Position numbers and translations under genes: made by a program. From positions 69,411-133,410 of the forward strand of contig CALVHN010000003.1 in NCBI GenBank assembly GCA_944327845.1: 64,000 bases of DNA, written 5' to 3'. Of this stretch, positions 10,841 through 20,411 are shown piece by piece. Within the stretch, counting starts at the first letter, position 1. Every line of letters starts with the position of its first letter. Origin of the DNA: an uncultured Bacilli bacterium. Its GTDB lineage: Bacteria; Bacillota_I; Bacilli_A; RFN20; CAG-826. The notes beneath the pieces were generated by a model. That model made no database searches. It worked only from the letters and a program-made list of their open reading frames with translations, and was not told where the DNA came from.

Positions 10841-11554
10841 ATGAATTTAAAATACGAAAGAGAATATACAATTACAACGAATTTACTTGATAAAAACGAT
10901 TATTTAAAACCAAGTTCTATACTTGATTTTTGCCAGCATATAGCAGGAGAACATGCTGATATGTTAGATTGTGGGTTTGATCCTTTTATTAAAAAAGGAT
11001 ATATCTGGGTTGTTGTTAGAAATTTTATTGAAATCGTTAAACAAATCAAAAACTTAAAAAAAGTTAGACTTGTGACATATGCATTAAATCCTCAATTTGT
11101 TGAGATGCCTCGAGATGTAGAAATTTATTCAGGAGATACACTTTTATATAAAGTAAGAATGGTATGGATGATAATTGATATTAAAAATAATACAATCGTT
11201 AATCCAAAAGAGGCACCTAATTTTTTCATTGAAGGTAAGGGTTTATTTGAAAGAAGAATTAAAAAACTTCCGTCTATCGATTTTAATTTGCTAGAATTAT
11301 ATCGTAATCAAGATATAACTTATTCAATGTTAGATCATAATGGTCATATGAATAATACACGTTATTTAGAAATTTTCTTGGATAAGTTCAAAGACAATAA
11401 TGGTAAATATTTTTTAACTTATCAAGTTGAATATTTAAAACAATGTTTTGAAAATGAATGTTTAACTACTTATTCATACGAAGTTGAGAATGAGAAGTAT
11501 TTAATCGGATATAAAGATAACGAAATAAGATTTATCATTAAAGGGACTTATTAA
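10841..11554 (+). CDS. Acyl-ACP thioesterase family protein
   Basis: 237 aa hot-dog-fold pattern (DxNxHxNN: LDHNGHMNNTRY), characteristic of PF01643. Confidence 0.6.
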   Translation: MNLKYEREYTITTNLLDKNDYLKPSSILDFCQHIAGEHADMLDCGFDPFIKKGYIWVVVRNFIEIVKQIKNLKKVRLVTYALNPQFVEMPRDVEIYSGDTLLYKVRMVWMIIDIKNNTIVNPKEAPNFFIEGKGLFERRIKKLPSIDFNLLELYRNQDITYSMLDHNGHMNNTRYLEIFLDKFKDNNGKYFLTYQVEYLKQCFENECLTTYSYEVENEKYLIGYKDNEIRFIIKGTY

Positions 11555-11567
11555 TAAAGGAGAAACC

Positions 11568-12479
11568 ATGATAATTAGTAAAAAAGTTCAAGAAGCTTTA
11601 GAAAAAGGATTTCCAGTTGTTGCTTTAGAAACTACAATTATTTCACACGGGATGCCTTATCCTAAAAATGTTGAGTGTGCATTACAAGTTGAAAATGTAA
11701 TAATTGAAAATGGTGCCATACCTGCTACCATTGGTATCATTAATGGCGAGCCTGTTATTGGAATGAGCCATGAAGAAATTGAATTATTTGGAAAAAAAGA
11801 GGGGATTAGAAAGGTTTCAAGAAGAGATTTAGCGATTTGTATTGCTAATAAAGAATGGGGTGCAACAACTGTTAGTGCCACAATGTTACTTGCTAAAAAA
11901 GCAGGAATTCAATTTTTTGTTACTGGTGGAATTGGTGGAGCACAAAAAGGAGCCGAAAAAACATATGATATTTCTGCAGACTTGGAGGAACTTGCTAAGA
12001 CTGATGTAACTGTTATATGTGCCGGACCAAAAGCAATATTGGACTTAAATATTACAGCAGAAATTTTAGAAACAAAAGGTGTTCCTATTATTGGTTATAA
12101 TACTGACAAAATGCCTGCTTTCTTTACTCCTACATCAAATATTAATGTTGATTTTAATGCTAGGTCACCCTTAGAAATTGCTAATATAATTTATACTAAA
12201 AATAATATGAATTTAGAAGGTGGAGTGTTAGTTACTGTTCCTGTTCCTAAAGAATTTGCAATGGATGAGAAAATTATTAATTCTGCTATTAGTGATGCTC
12301 AAAAAGAAATGGAAAAAAAGGGAATCAAAGGAAAAGACGAAACGCCTTTCTTGCTTAAAAAAATTAATGAGATTACAGAAGGCAAATCTTTAGAAACAAA
12401 TATCTATTTAATTAAAAATAATGCTAAAATAGGGGCTAAGGTAGCTGTTGAATATTCAAAATTAATTAAAGGAGAATAA
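11568..12479 (+). CDS. psuG: Pseudouridine-5'-phosphate glycosidase
   Basis: Indigoidine-synthase-A-like motifs (VALETTIISHGMPYP, FVTGGIGG), followed by a PfkB kinase. AAGGAGA RBS. Confidence 0.85.
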   Translation: MIISKKVQEALEKGFPVVALETTIISHGMPYPKNVECALQVENVIIENGAIPATIGIINGEPVIGMSHEEIELFGKKEGIRKVSRRDLAICIANKEWGATTVSATMLLAKKAGIQFFVTGGIGGAQKGAEKTYDISADLEELAKTDVTVICAGPKAILDLNITAEILETKGVPIIGYNTDKMPAFFTPTSNINVDFNARSPLEIANIIYTKNNMNLEGGVLVTVPVPKEFAMDEKIINSAISDAQKEMEKKGIKGKDETPFLLKKINEITEGKSLETNIYLIKNNAKIGAKVAVEYSKLIKGE

Positions 12480-12482
12480 AGT

Positions 12483-13382
12483 ATGCAACGTGATATTTTA
12501 TTAATTGGTGGATCAAATATTGATTTTATTGCAAATCCGTTTAATAAAATTATTCGTAAGGTTTCAAATATTGGAAAAATTAATGTTTCTTTCGGTGGAG
12601 TGATGAGAAATACAACCGAAAACCTAGCGCGTTTAGGTAATAAATGTACTTTTTTAACAGCTCTTGGAAATGATATTTTAGGATCAAAATTAAGAGAGAA
12701 TCTTTTATCTTTAGGAGTGACTGTTTATTCACCAACCACTACTGAAAATAGCTCACTTTATATTGCTTTAAATGATGTAAATAAAGATTTAGATACTGGT
12801 ATTTGTGATAATTCTGTTATTAATTCACTTGATTCATCATTTATTGAAAAAAATAATGAAATTATTGAATCACATGAATTTATAATAATTGATGCAAATT
12901 TACCACAAGAAACAATAGATTATTTATTTGAGAAATATTCTTCAAAGAAATTTATATGTGAGGCAATTTCACCTGAAAAAGTGAAAAAATATAAAAATCA
13001 TCTTGATAAAATATTCTTATTAAAATGTAATATTTTTGAGGCTCAATCTTTAATTAATATCAAACTTGTAGAAAAAGACTTAGTTGGTGCATTACTTGCA
13101 AAAGACATTGGAAATGTAGTTGTTTCAAATAAAAGTAATGATATTTATTTTGGAAAAAATAGAAGAGATATAGGGTTAGTCCATGTAGAAAAAGTTGAAA
13201 AATTTGTTAACACAACTGGCTGTGGAGATGCATTATTTGCTGGAATAATAGATCGCTTTTTAAGAGGCGAAAGCCTTAAAAAATCTATTGAATTTGGAAA
13301 TAACCTTGCAAAAGTTACATTAATGTCAGAAAAATCTGTTTCACCTGATATATCGAATTATTTTTATAATCATAATGATTAA
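12483..13382 (+). CDS. psuK: Pseudouridine kinase (PfkB-family carbohydrate kinase)
   Basis: PfkB signatures (IGGSNID, TTGCGDAF-like GCGDALFAG), immediately downstream of psuG. Confidence 0.75.
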   Translation: MQRDILLIGGSNIDFIANPFNKIIRKVSNIGKINVSFGGVMRNTTENLARLGNKCTFLTALGNDILGSKLRENLLSLGVTVYSPTTTENSSLYIALNDVNKDLDTGICDNSVINSLDSSFIEKNNEIIESHEFIIIDANLPQETIDYLFEKYSSKKFICEAISPEKVKKYKNHLDKIFLLKCNIFEAQSLINIKLVEKDLVGALLAKDIGNVVVSNKSNDIYFGKNRRDIGLVHVEKVEKFVNTTGCGDALFAGIIDRFLRGESLKKSIEFGNNLAKVTLMSEKSVSPDISNYFYNHND

Positions 13383-14206
13383 AGTGTGCTAATTTTATTT
13401 AACTTAGAAGAAAGATAGGCGTTTAATTTTCCAAGCTTTTCTGAGTTTGAATAAAAAATAATGTGATGGTTTCCTAGGGGTTTTGTTAAAAAGTATTTTA
13501 CATTCGAATCATTATCTAATTTGACTAATATTTGAGTGCGACAAAGGTTTGTTTGATTTAAATTTTTAACTATTTCTCCGGTTAAAATAACATATTTATC
13601 TAAAGTAGAAGCAATTCTTAAAATTCCTATTTTTTGTGGTAATAATTCCCCTTTTATTGCAACACCTATTCTACTTTCAAAATGAGTATCTAATCTAAAT
13701 GAAGTACACATTTCTAAAGGAATGGTACAATGAGCTAAAATTATTTCATTATTTTCGACTATTATTTTTGATGGATTTGCTTGAAAAGACTCAGAATTTG
13801 CAAGGTTTTTAATTAAAAACATTGAGATTAATGCAGGTACATCTCCTTCACAAGTTCCAATTATTCCTTCATCATTTAAAAGGCCTAAAGCTAAACAAGC
13901 AGTGGATTTAATTGGCTCAAGAAGATCAAAACAACGAATTGTTAAGCCTTTTAACTTATATTTCTTGACTATTAATTTAAGAGCTTCATAGATTTTTAAA
14001 GCTTTTACTAATTCATTTTCATTAAATAAGTTTTTAAATTTATTAAGCAAATTTAAATCTACATCAACTTTATTATATAAGTCTTTAACTTCATTAATAT
14101 CTATATCAATAAGGTTAATATTAAAAATTTCTTTTGCTTTTGAATAATTAACATTTGAACTAATTAACCAGTCGGAAGGTTTACCGATAACACCTAAATT
14201 TACCAT
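13379..14206 (-). CDS. L-arabinose/L-fucose isomerase-like protein, C-terminal portion only
   Basis: GTCEGDVPA, ILAHCTIPLEMCTS and GNHHIIFYS resemble the AraA/FucI C-domain (GAGEGDWK, LGSHMLEVCPS, GAHHTVFS). Confidence 0.5.
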   Translation of the reverse strand: MVNLGVIGKPSDWLISSNVNYSKAKEIFNINLIDIDINEVKDLYNKVDVDLNLLNKFKNLFNENELVKALKIYEALKLIVKKYKLKGLTIRCFDLLEPIKSTACLALGLLNDEGIIGTCEGDVPALISMFLIKNLANSESFQANPSKIIVENNEIILAHCTIPLEMCTSFRLDTHFESRIGVAIKGELLPQKIGILRIASTLDKYVILTGEIVKNLNQTNLCRTQILVKLDNDSNVKYFLTKPLGNHHIIFYSNSEKLGKLNAYLSSKLNKISTL

Positions 14207-14210
14207 ATAT

Positions 14211-14585
14211 TTATTCTCCTAATAATTCTTTTATTCTTTGTGATAAGTAGTGTACATTTCCATGTAAAATTTCGCCATTTTTATTTTGTAAATTAAGATA
14301 TGTTAAAATTTCAAGTGAAGCAGCAAGCGAATTTGAATGATCTACTGTTAAAAAATAGTAAGACTCTTCCAGCTTATCAATTATCGATAGAAAAGTATTC
14401 TCTGAGCCACCAGTTCTAACAAATATTAAAGCAAGGTCTGAATCATAAAGTTTATCAACGTCAAAACAAAGTTCAATTTGACAATCTAGTTCCTCTTTTA
14501 AATCATTAATTAATTTATTAGTGTCTTTAATGACTGTTTGTTCATCATGGAGAGGACTTGTTATAGGAAATACATTTATTTTCAT
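14211..14585 (-). CDS. Small flavodoxin-like domain protein; possibly the detached N-terminal domain of the adjacent isomerase-like gene
   Basis: 124 aa. Its stop lies 4 nt before the ATG of 13379..14206, with an AGGAGA RBS embedded in its own 3' end. LALIFVRTGGSEN resembles the AraA N-domain. Confidence 0.35.
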   Translation of the reverse strand: MKINVFPITSPLHDEQTVIKDTNKLINDLKEELDCQIELCFDVDKLYDSDLALIFVRTGGSENTFLSIIDKLEESYYFLTVDHSNSLAASLEILTYLNLQNKNGEILHGNVHYLSQRIKELLGE

Positions 14586-14638
14586 GAAAACTCCTTTATT
14601 CGTTGTATATTATTTTAAAGTAATTTTATAATATTTTC

Positions 14639-15082
14639 ATGAATGAATATATAAAGAAAACACATTTAAAAAAATATCTTTGGGCAATAAGAAATTCTAA
14701 TTTAAAGTACATTACCTGTAAGGACCTTTCAGCAATGACCGGCTACAAGGAAAGTGTTATATTGGAAGATTTAAGTTTCTTTATTGAACTTGTTAGATTT
14801 AATCCAGATATAAATGTTCTTGAAGTTAAAGATCAAATGGAAGAAGCACTTAAAAGAGTTGAAGAGTTAAAAATGAAAGAAGCAACATCTAATACTCCAA
14901 AAAGATATTATATCCGTAAAAAAGATGCTGATTCCTATACTGGTGTAGTCGATTATATCGAAAGATATATGACCTTTGCTGGCGGAATGTTGAACTTAGG
15001 TTATAGGTTAACTAAAAAGGATGTTAGAATTTTAAGAAAATTACTCAAAAAAGAAGAAGAAAGAATTAAGAAAGGTGGTTAG
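14639..15082 (+). CDS. Hypothetical K/E-rich cytoplasmic protein
   Basis: ORF of 147 aa in an operon-like position upstream of PFOR; no family recognised. Confidence 0.35.
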   Translation: MNEYIKKTHLKKYLWAIRNSNLKYITCKDLSAMTGYKESVILEDLSFFIELVRFNPDINVLEVKDQMEEALKRVEELKMKEATSNTPKRYYIRKKDADSYTGVVDYIERYMTFAGGMLNLGYRLTKKDVRILRKLLKKEEERIKKGG

Positions 15083-15178
15083 GAATAGCTAACTTTTATT
15101 GATAAAATCGCACTTTTTGTAATTGAAATATTATCTTAAGAATACTAAAATTTAATGTGTTCAAAGGAGATTTTTTCA

Positions 15179-18100
15179 ATGGCTGAAGTCAAAAAAACAA
15201 TGATAAGTGTTGATGGCAATACGGCTGCTGCAATGATGAGTTATAATTTCACAGAAGTTGCTGCAATTTTCCCTATTACCCCATCTTCACCTATGGCAAA
15301 TAGTGTAGATATTTATTCTTTTCAAGGAAAAGAAAACTTTTTCGGTAATCAAGTAAAAGTTTGTGAAATGCAATCTGAAGGTGGTGCAAGTGGTGCTGTC
15401 CATGGTGCTTTACAAGGTGGTGCTTTTGCTACAACTTATACAGCTTCACAAGGCTTACTTTTGATGATTCCAAATATATATAAATGGTGTGGTGAATTAC
15501 TTCCAGCAGTTTTACATGTTAGTGCAAGAAGTTTAGCAACAAGATCGCTTTCAATTTTTGGAGATCACCAAGACGTTTATTCTATTAGACAATCAGGAAT
15601 TGCTATGATTTGTAGTGATTCTGTTCAAGAAGTTGCTGATTTAGCTAGTGTAGCTCATTTAGTAGCAATTGATGCAGAATATCCTGTATGTCATTTCTTC
15701 GATGGATTCAGAACTTCTCATGAAATTCAAAATGTTGAATTTTTAGATGATAGTGAATGGAAAAAACTTGTCCCATGGGATAAGGTTGAAAAATTTAAAC
15801 AAAGAGCATTAAATCCTCATGGACATGCTGTCACAAGAGGTGGTGCAGAAAATGATGATATTTATTTCCAAGGTAGAGAAGCTCAAAACACTCACTTTGA
15901 AAATGTTTTATCTGTCGCAGAAAAGTATTTTAAAAAGGTTTCTGAATTAACAGGAAGAGAATATGCTCCATTCGTATATTTTGGTGCAAAAAATGCAACA
16001 AAAGTAATTATTGCAATGGGTAGCGTAAATGAAACAATTTATGAAGTTGTATATGATTTAAATAAAAAAGGTGAAAAGGTTGGTATGATTAGAGTCCACT
16101 TATATCGACCATTTTCAGCAAAATTATTAGTTGAAGCTTTACCAAAAACTGTAAAAGAAATTGCTGTTTTAGATCGTTCAAAAGAATTAGGCAGTGTTGG
16201 TGAAGCATTATATGAAGATGTTGTTACAGCTTTAAACTTAATGGAAGTTAAAGATGTTAAGGTTATTGGAGGACGTTATGGTCTTTCTAGTAAGGATACT
16301 CAACCTAAACATATTAAAGCTGTTTTTGATTGGATGTTAAGCAATAATGAACATCATAATTTTGTTGTTGGAATTAATGATGATGTAACTCATTTATCAG
16401 TCCCAATTGTTGATGAAAATTATGAAATTGCTCATAATTTAACAGCATGTTTATTCTACGGATTAGGAAGTGATGGTACAGTTGGCGCAAATAAATCATC
16501 AATTAAAATTATTGGTGATGCTACACATCAATATGCACAAGCTTATTTTGCATATGATTCAAGAAAATCAGGTGGCGTCACACGTTCTCACTTAAGATTC
16601 GGTAAAGAACCAATTCATTCAACTTATTATGTTGAACATGCTGACTTTATTTCATGTTCTCTTGATACATATATCTTTAAATTTGATATGCTTAAGAATT
16701 TAAAGAATGGCGGTACTTTCTTACTTAATACTGATATGGATGATGAACAACTTATTAAATCTTTACCAAATCGTGTTAAGTACCAATTAGCTAAGAAGAA
16801 AGCAAGATTCTTTGTCATTGATGCAAATAAGATTGCTCTTGAAATTGGCATGGGAAGACATACAAATACAATTCTTCAATCTGCATTCTTCTATTTAAAT
16901 CCACAAATTATGCCTTATGATGAAGCAAATAAATGGATGAAAAAACTTGCAGAAAAGACATATTCTAAAAAAGGTGAGGAAATTGTTAAACGTAATTTCG
17001 AAGCTATCGATAAAGGAACTGATGGTTTAAGAGAAGTTAAAGTTGATCCATCATGGGTTGATTTACCAAAAGTTAGAGAAAGAGTCATCACTGATGATGA
17101 TTACTTTGATAATTATGTTGATTATATTAATACTTTAGATGGAAACGATCTTCCAACTTCAACATTTACAAAATATGAACTTCTTGATGGTACAATGAGA
17201 GAAAACATTACTTTTAAAGAACAAAGAAGTATTGCAGACCGTGTACCTGTCTGGCATAAAGAAAATTGTATTCAATGTAATCAATGTGCTTTCGTTTGCC
17301 CTCACGCAACAATTCGTCCATTCTTATTAACAGATGAAGAAGTTAATAAAGGTCCAGAAGGATTAAAAGATAGAGTCAAACCAGCAATGGGTCCAAATGT
17401 TTCTGGATATAAATTTGCTATTTCAATTTCTCCAAAGAACTGTGTTGGCTGTGGTCTTTGTGTTAAAGAATGTATGGCAAATAAAAATGCTTTAAGACTT
17501 AATAATGGCAAATTTGCTCTTGAATTAGTTGAATCAAAATCTCAATTTGATGAAGAGAAATATGCACAATATTTATTCAAGAACGTCGAATATAAGAGCG
17601 ATAAATTCCCTCTTACAACAGTTAAGGGTGTTGGATTCTTAATGCCTTATATGGAAGTAAGTGGAGCTTGTGCTGGATGCGGTGAAACTCCATATTATAG
17701 ATTATTAACACAATTATTCGGAAAAGATTTAATGGTTGCTAATGCTACAGGCTGTTCTTCAATTTATTGTGGCTCAACACCTTTAACTCCATTTGTTAAT
17801 GATAAAAATAATAACGGACCTGCTTGGGCTAATTCCTTATTTGAAGATAATGCTGAATATGGCTATGGTATGAGACTTGCTACAGATTATAAATTAGGTG
17901 CAATTAGCAAGATCTTAACTAACGCTCTTAATTCAGATAAGATCGAAGATGAATTAAAGAATGTTATTAATGACTATCTTGGAAATATCAAAAATAAAGA
18001 TAAAGCAAGAGAAATTATTCCAAATCTTGTTAAATTAGTTGAGAATAGCAAGGATAATGGTGTAAAAGAAGTACTTAAATATAAAGAAGATCTTCTTGAT

Positions 18101-18748
18101 AAATCAATTTGGATTATCGGTGGAGATGGATGGGCATACGATATTGGTTATGGTGGATTAGACCATGTTATTGCTAGTGAAGATGATGTTAATATTATGT
18201 GTTTAGATACTGAAGTTTATTCTAATACTGGTGGCCAATCTTCTAAATCTTCTCAAACTGGTAGTATTGCACAATTTACTGCAAGTGGTAAGAGACAGGC
18301 TAAAAAGAACCTTGCTTTAATGGCAATGACTTATGGTAATGTCTATGTTGCACAAATTGCTTTAGGTGCAAACCCAGTTGCAGCTATTAAAGCATTTAAA
18401 GAAGCTGAAAGTTATAATGGACCATCATTAATTATTTGTTATGCTCCTTGTATTAACCAAGGTATTAAAGGTGGTTTAGTCAATAGTATAGAAACTGAAA
18501 AAGCAGCTGTTGAATGTGGCTATTTCACAACATTCAGATATGATCCTCGCTTATTAAAAGAAGGAAAACCAGCTTTACAACTTGATTGTAAAGAACCTGA
18601 CTTTACTAAGATTAGAGATTTCATAATGAAAGAAACCAGATACTCACAACTTCCTAAAGTTAACCCAGAACACTATGAAGAACTTTTCGAAAAGAATGAA
18701 AGATGTGCAAGGGAAAGATGGGAAAGAATTAAAAAGTTTGGTTTATAA
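15179..18748 (+). CDS. nifJ: Pyruvate:ferredoxin (flavodoxin) oxidoreductase, single-polypeptide NifJ/PFOR type
   Basis: About 1190 aa with two CxxCxxCxxxCP ferredoxin motifs and the TPP-binding GDGW motif. AAGGAGA RBS 8 nt before the ATG at 15179, so the tool's start at 15155 is too early. Confidence 0.9.
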   Translation: MAEVKKTMISVDGNTAAAMMSYNFTEVAAIFPITPSSPMANSVDIYSFQGKENFFGNQVKVCEMQSEGGASGAVHGALQGGAFATTYTASQGLLLMIPNIYKWCGELLPAVLHVSARSLATRSLSIFGDHQDVYSIRQSGIAMICSDSVQEVADLASVAHLVAIDAEYPVCHFFDGFRTSHEIQNVEFLDDSEWKKLVPWDKVEKFKQRALNPHGHAVTRGGAENDDIYFQGREAQNTHFENVLSVAEKYFKKVSELTGREYAPFVYFGAKNATKVIIAMGSVNETIYEVVYDLNKKGEKVGMIRVHLYRPFSAKLLVEALPKTVKEIAVLDRSKELGSVGEALYEDVVTALNLMEVKDVKVIGGRYGLSSKDTQPKHIKAVFDWMLSNNEHHNFVVGINDDVTHLSVPIVDENYEIAHNLTACLFYGLGSDGTVGANKSSIKIIGDATHQYAQAYFAYDSRKSGGVTRSHLRFGKEPIHSTYYVEHADFISCSLDTYIFKFDMLKNLKNGGTFLLNTDMDDEQLIKSLPNRVKYQLAKKKARFFVIDANKIALEIGMGRHTNTILQSAFFYLNPQIMPYDEANKWMKKLAEKTYSKKGEEIVKRNFEAIDKGTDGLREVKVDPSWVDLPKVRERVITDDDYFDNYVDYINTLDGNDLPTSTFTKYELLDGTMRENITFKEQRSIADRVPVWHKENCIQCNQCAFVCPHATIRPFLLTDEEVNKGPEGLKDRVKPAMGPNVSGYKFAISISPKNCVGCGLCVKECMANKNALRLNNGKFALELVESKSQFDEEKYAQYLFKNVEYKSDKFPLTTVKGVGFLMPYMEVSGACAGCGETPYYRLLTQLFGKDLMVANATGCSSIYCGSTPLTPFVNDKNNNGPAWANSLFEDNAEYGYGMRLATDYKLGAISKILTNALNSDKIEDELKNVINDYLGNIKNKDKAREIIPNLVKLVENSKDNGVKEVLKYKEDLLDKSIWIIGGDGWAYDIGYGGLDHVIASEDDVNIMCLDTEVYSNTGGQSSKSSQTGSIAQFTASGKRQAKKNLALMAMTYGNVYVAQIALGANPVAAIKAFKEAESYNGPSLIICYAPCINQGIKGGLVNSIETEKAAVECGYFTTFRYDPRLLKEGKPALQLDCKEPDFTKIRDFIMKETRYSQLPKVNPEHYEELFEKNERCARERWERIKKFGL

Positions 18749-18828
18749 AAAAGATTATATTCTACTTATTAATTAATTAGGCTTTCTATGAACTTTGTGT
18801 TTATAGGAGCTAAAAATTAAAAACATTT

Positions 18829-18860
18829 AAAATCTGTGGGGATGACTCCACAGATTTTTT
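18829..18860 (+). terminator. Rho-independent terminator after PFOR
   Basis: Perfect 11-bp arms AAAATCTGTGG / CCACAGATTTT with an 8-nt loop, followed by a T-run. Confidence 0.6.
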
Positions 18861-19017
18861 ATTAATAAAGTTTTTATTATCTTTAAATCGGACTTTTTGT
18901 GCTTTTAATTCAATTTTAAATGAAATCGAAACGATTATTAAATTTTTATTGAAAAACGTATATAAATACATACTCATTATTAAAATAAAAAAATTTTTAA
19001 AAATATTAGCAAACCTA

Positions 19018-19046
19018 TTGACAGAGTGCTAAATAAGGTATAAATT
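19018..19046 (+). promoter_or_regulatory. Putative hsp20 promoter: TTGACA -35 and a TATAAAT-like -10
   Basis: TTGACA at 19018-19023; ATAAAT/TAAATT lies 16-17 nt downstream. Confidence 0.4.
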
Positions 19047-19050
19047 ATAG

Positions 19051-19077
19051 TTAGCACTTGAGAAGTAAGAGTGCTAA
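19051..19077 (+). promoter_or_regulatory. CIRCE operator (HrcA binding site): TTAGCACTT-N9-GAGTGCTAA
   Basis: One mismatch to the TTAGCACTC-N9-GAGTGCTAA consensus. Sits between the promoter and the AGGAGG RBS. An extra GAGTGCTAA half-site is at 19024-19032. Confidence 0.7.
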
Positions 19078-19099
19078 AAGTAAATAGGAGGATATATTT

Positions 19100-19513
19100 A
19101 TGTACGAATTAAAAAATAAAAAATATGACTTATTTGACGATTTATTTGATTTTCCATATAGTGAAAGACGTTATTCAGATTTAATGAAAACCGATATTGA
19201 AGAATATGATGATTCATATCATATTAATGTTGAAGTACCATCAGTTAAAAAAGAAGATGTTAAAATTTCATTAGAAGATGGTTATTTAACTATTTCTATT
19301 GAAAAGAAAAATAATAACGATCTTAAAGATAAAACTGGTAAAGTAATTCATAAGGAAAGATATTTTGGTTCTATTAAAAGATCTTATAATGTCGGTGATG
19401 TCAAAGAAGAAGACATTTCCGCTAAATTGGAAAACGGTTTATTAACTGTTGTTATTAAAAAACCTGAACCAGTTAAAGAAGAAGAAAAAAGAAAATATAT
19501 TGATATTCAATAA
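19100..19513 (+). CDS. Hsp20/alpha-crystallin family small heat-shock protein
   Basis: Alpha-crystallin domain pattern (YHINVEVPSVKKEDVKI...GLLTVVI) with an AGGAGG RBS. Confidence 0.9.
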   Translation: MYELKNKKYDLFDDLFDFPYSERRYSDLMKTDIEEYDDSYHINVEVPSVKKEDVKISLEDGYLTISIEKKNNNDLKDKTGKVIHKERYFGSIKRSYNVGDVKEEDISAKLENGLLTVVIKKPEPVKEEEKRKYIDIQ

Positions 19514-19533
19514 TTTTTAAGCGTTTCTCCCTT

Positions 19534-19567
19534 AAAAGCCTGCAAAAAAAGCAGGCTTTTTCTTTTG
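19534..19567 (+). terminator. Rho-independent terminator after hsp20
   Basis: AAAAGCCTGC-aaaaaaa-GCAGGCTTTT hairpin followed by TTCTTTT. Confidence 0.65.
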
Positions 19568-19641
19568 TTTGATAAATGTTAATTAAGCTATTTACATAAT
19601 TAAAAAAATAAGATAATCTAGTATTCATAACGAGGAGAATT

Positions 19642-20355
19642 ATGAGTATAAACGAGATTGAATTACCAAATTATAAATTAAGACATGAGTTATGGAATTC
19701 AATAAGCCACGGTTTAGGAGGCTTATTTGGAATCGTTGCTTTTATTTTAATGATTTTAAAAATTTGTGGTGTTTATCCAAATGAAACAGTAATTTATGAT
19801 GAAGAATTTATTTATAAAATCATCGGAGCATCAATTTATGCTTTTGGAATTATTTCTTGTATGACAATTTCTTGTTTATACCATGCCTTAGCTAAAAATA
19901 ATGGAAAAAGAGTTTTTCGAATAATTGATCACGATTTTGTGTTTGTTTTAGTCGGTTCAACTTATTCAATTTTTTGTTTAACAACATTAAGAGAAACTAC
20001 AGCTTGGGGCGGTATATTACCTTATTCTGGATGGATTATATTTGCTCTTGTCTGGGCTTTAATAGCATTAGGTATTACAATGAACTCGATTAATATCAAG
20101 AAATTTAATGTACTTTCAATGATAATTTATATTTGTGCTGGATGGTCGATTCTTTTAGTATGTGATGCCTTATATAATCAATTAACTTTAAATGGTTTTA
20201 TGCTCTTACTTGGAGGAGGAATCTCTTTTACAATTGGTGCAATATTATATGGATTAGGAAAAAATCATAGTGTTTGGTGGCATACTGTTTTTCATTTTTT
20301 CGTTTTAGCTGGAATTATTCTTCAATTTTTATCAGTTTATTTATATGTTCTTTAA
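19642..20355 (+). CDS. Hemolysin III family (PAQR/YqfA) membrane protein
   Basis: Seven-TM pattern with the conserved HxxxH / HALA motifs (NSISHGLG, YHALAKNN, WWHTVFH). Confidence 0.8.
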   Translation: MSINEIELPNYKLRHELWNSISHGLGGLFGIVAFILMILKICGVYPNETVIYDEEFIYKIIGASIYAFGIISCMTISCLYHALAKNNGKRVFRIIDHDFVFVLVGSTYSIFCLTTLRETTAWGGILPYSGWIIFALVWALIALGITMNSINIKKFNVLSMIIYICAGWSILLVCDALYNQLTLNGFMLLLGGGISFTIGAILYGLGKNHSVWWHTVFHFFVLAGIILQFLSVYLYVL

Positions 20356-20411
20356 TAATATAAAGAACATTAATTACTTTATGAGTTTATTTTTTTGTAT
20401 ATAATTTTAGC

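Noticed and set aside
20360-20411. Possible LexA (Cheo-box) site or leaderless promoter in front of uvrA (GAACATTAATTAC; TATAAT 6 nt before the ATG).
   Set aside because: The sequence lacks the GTTC half of GAAC-N4-GTTC. The -35 is poor. TATAAT-like hexamers are frequent in a 27 % GC genome. No call made.
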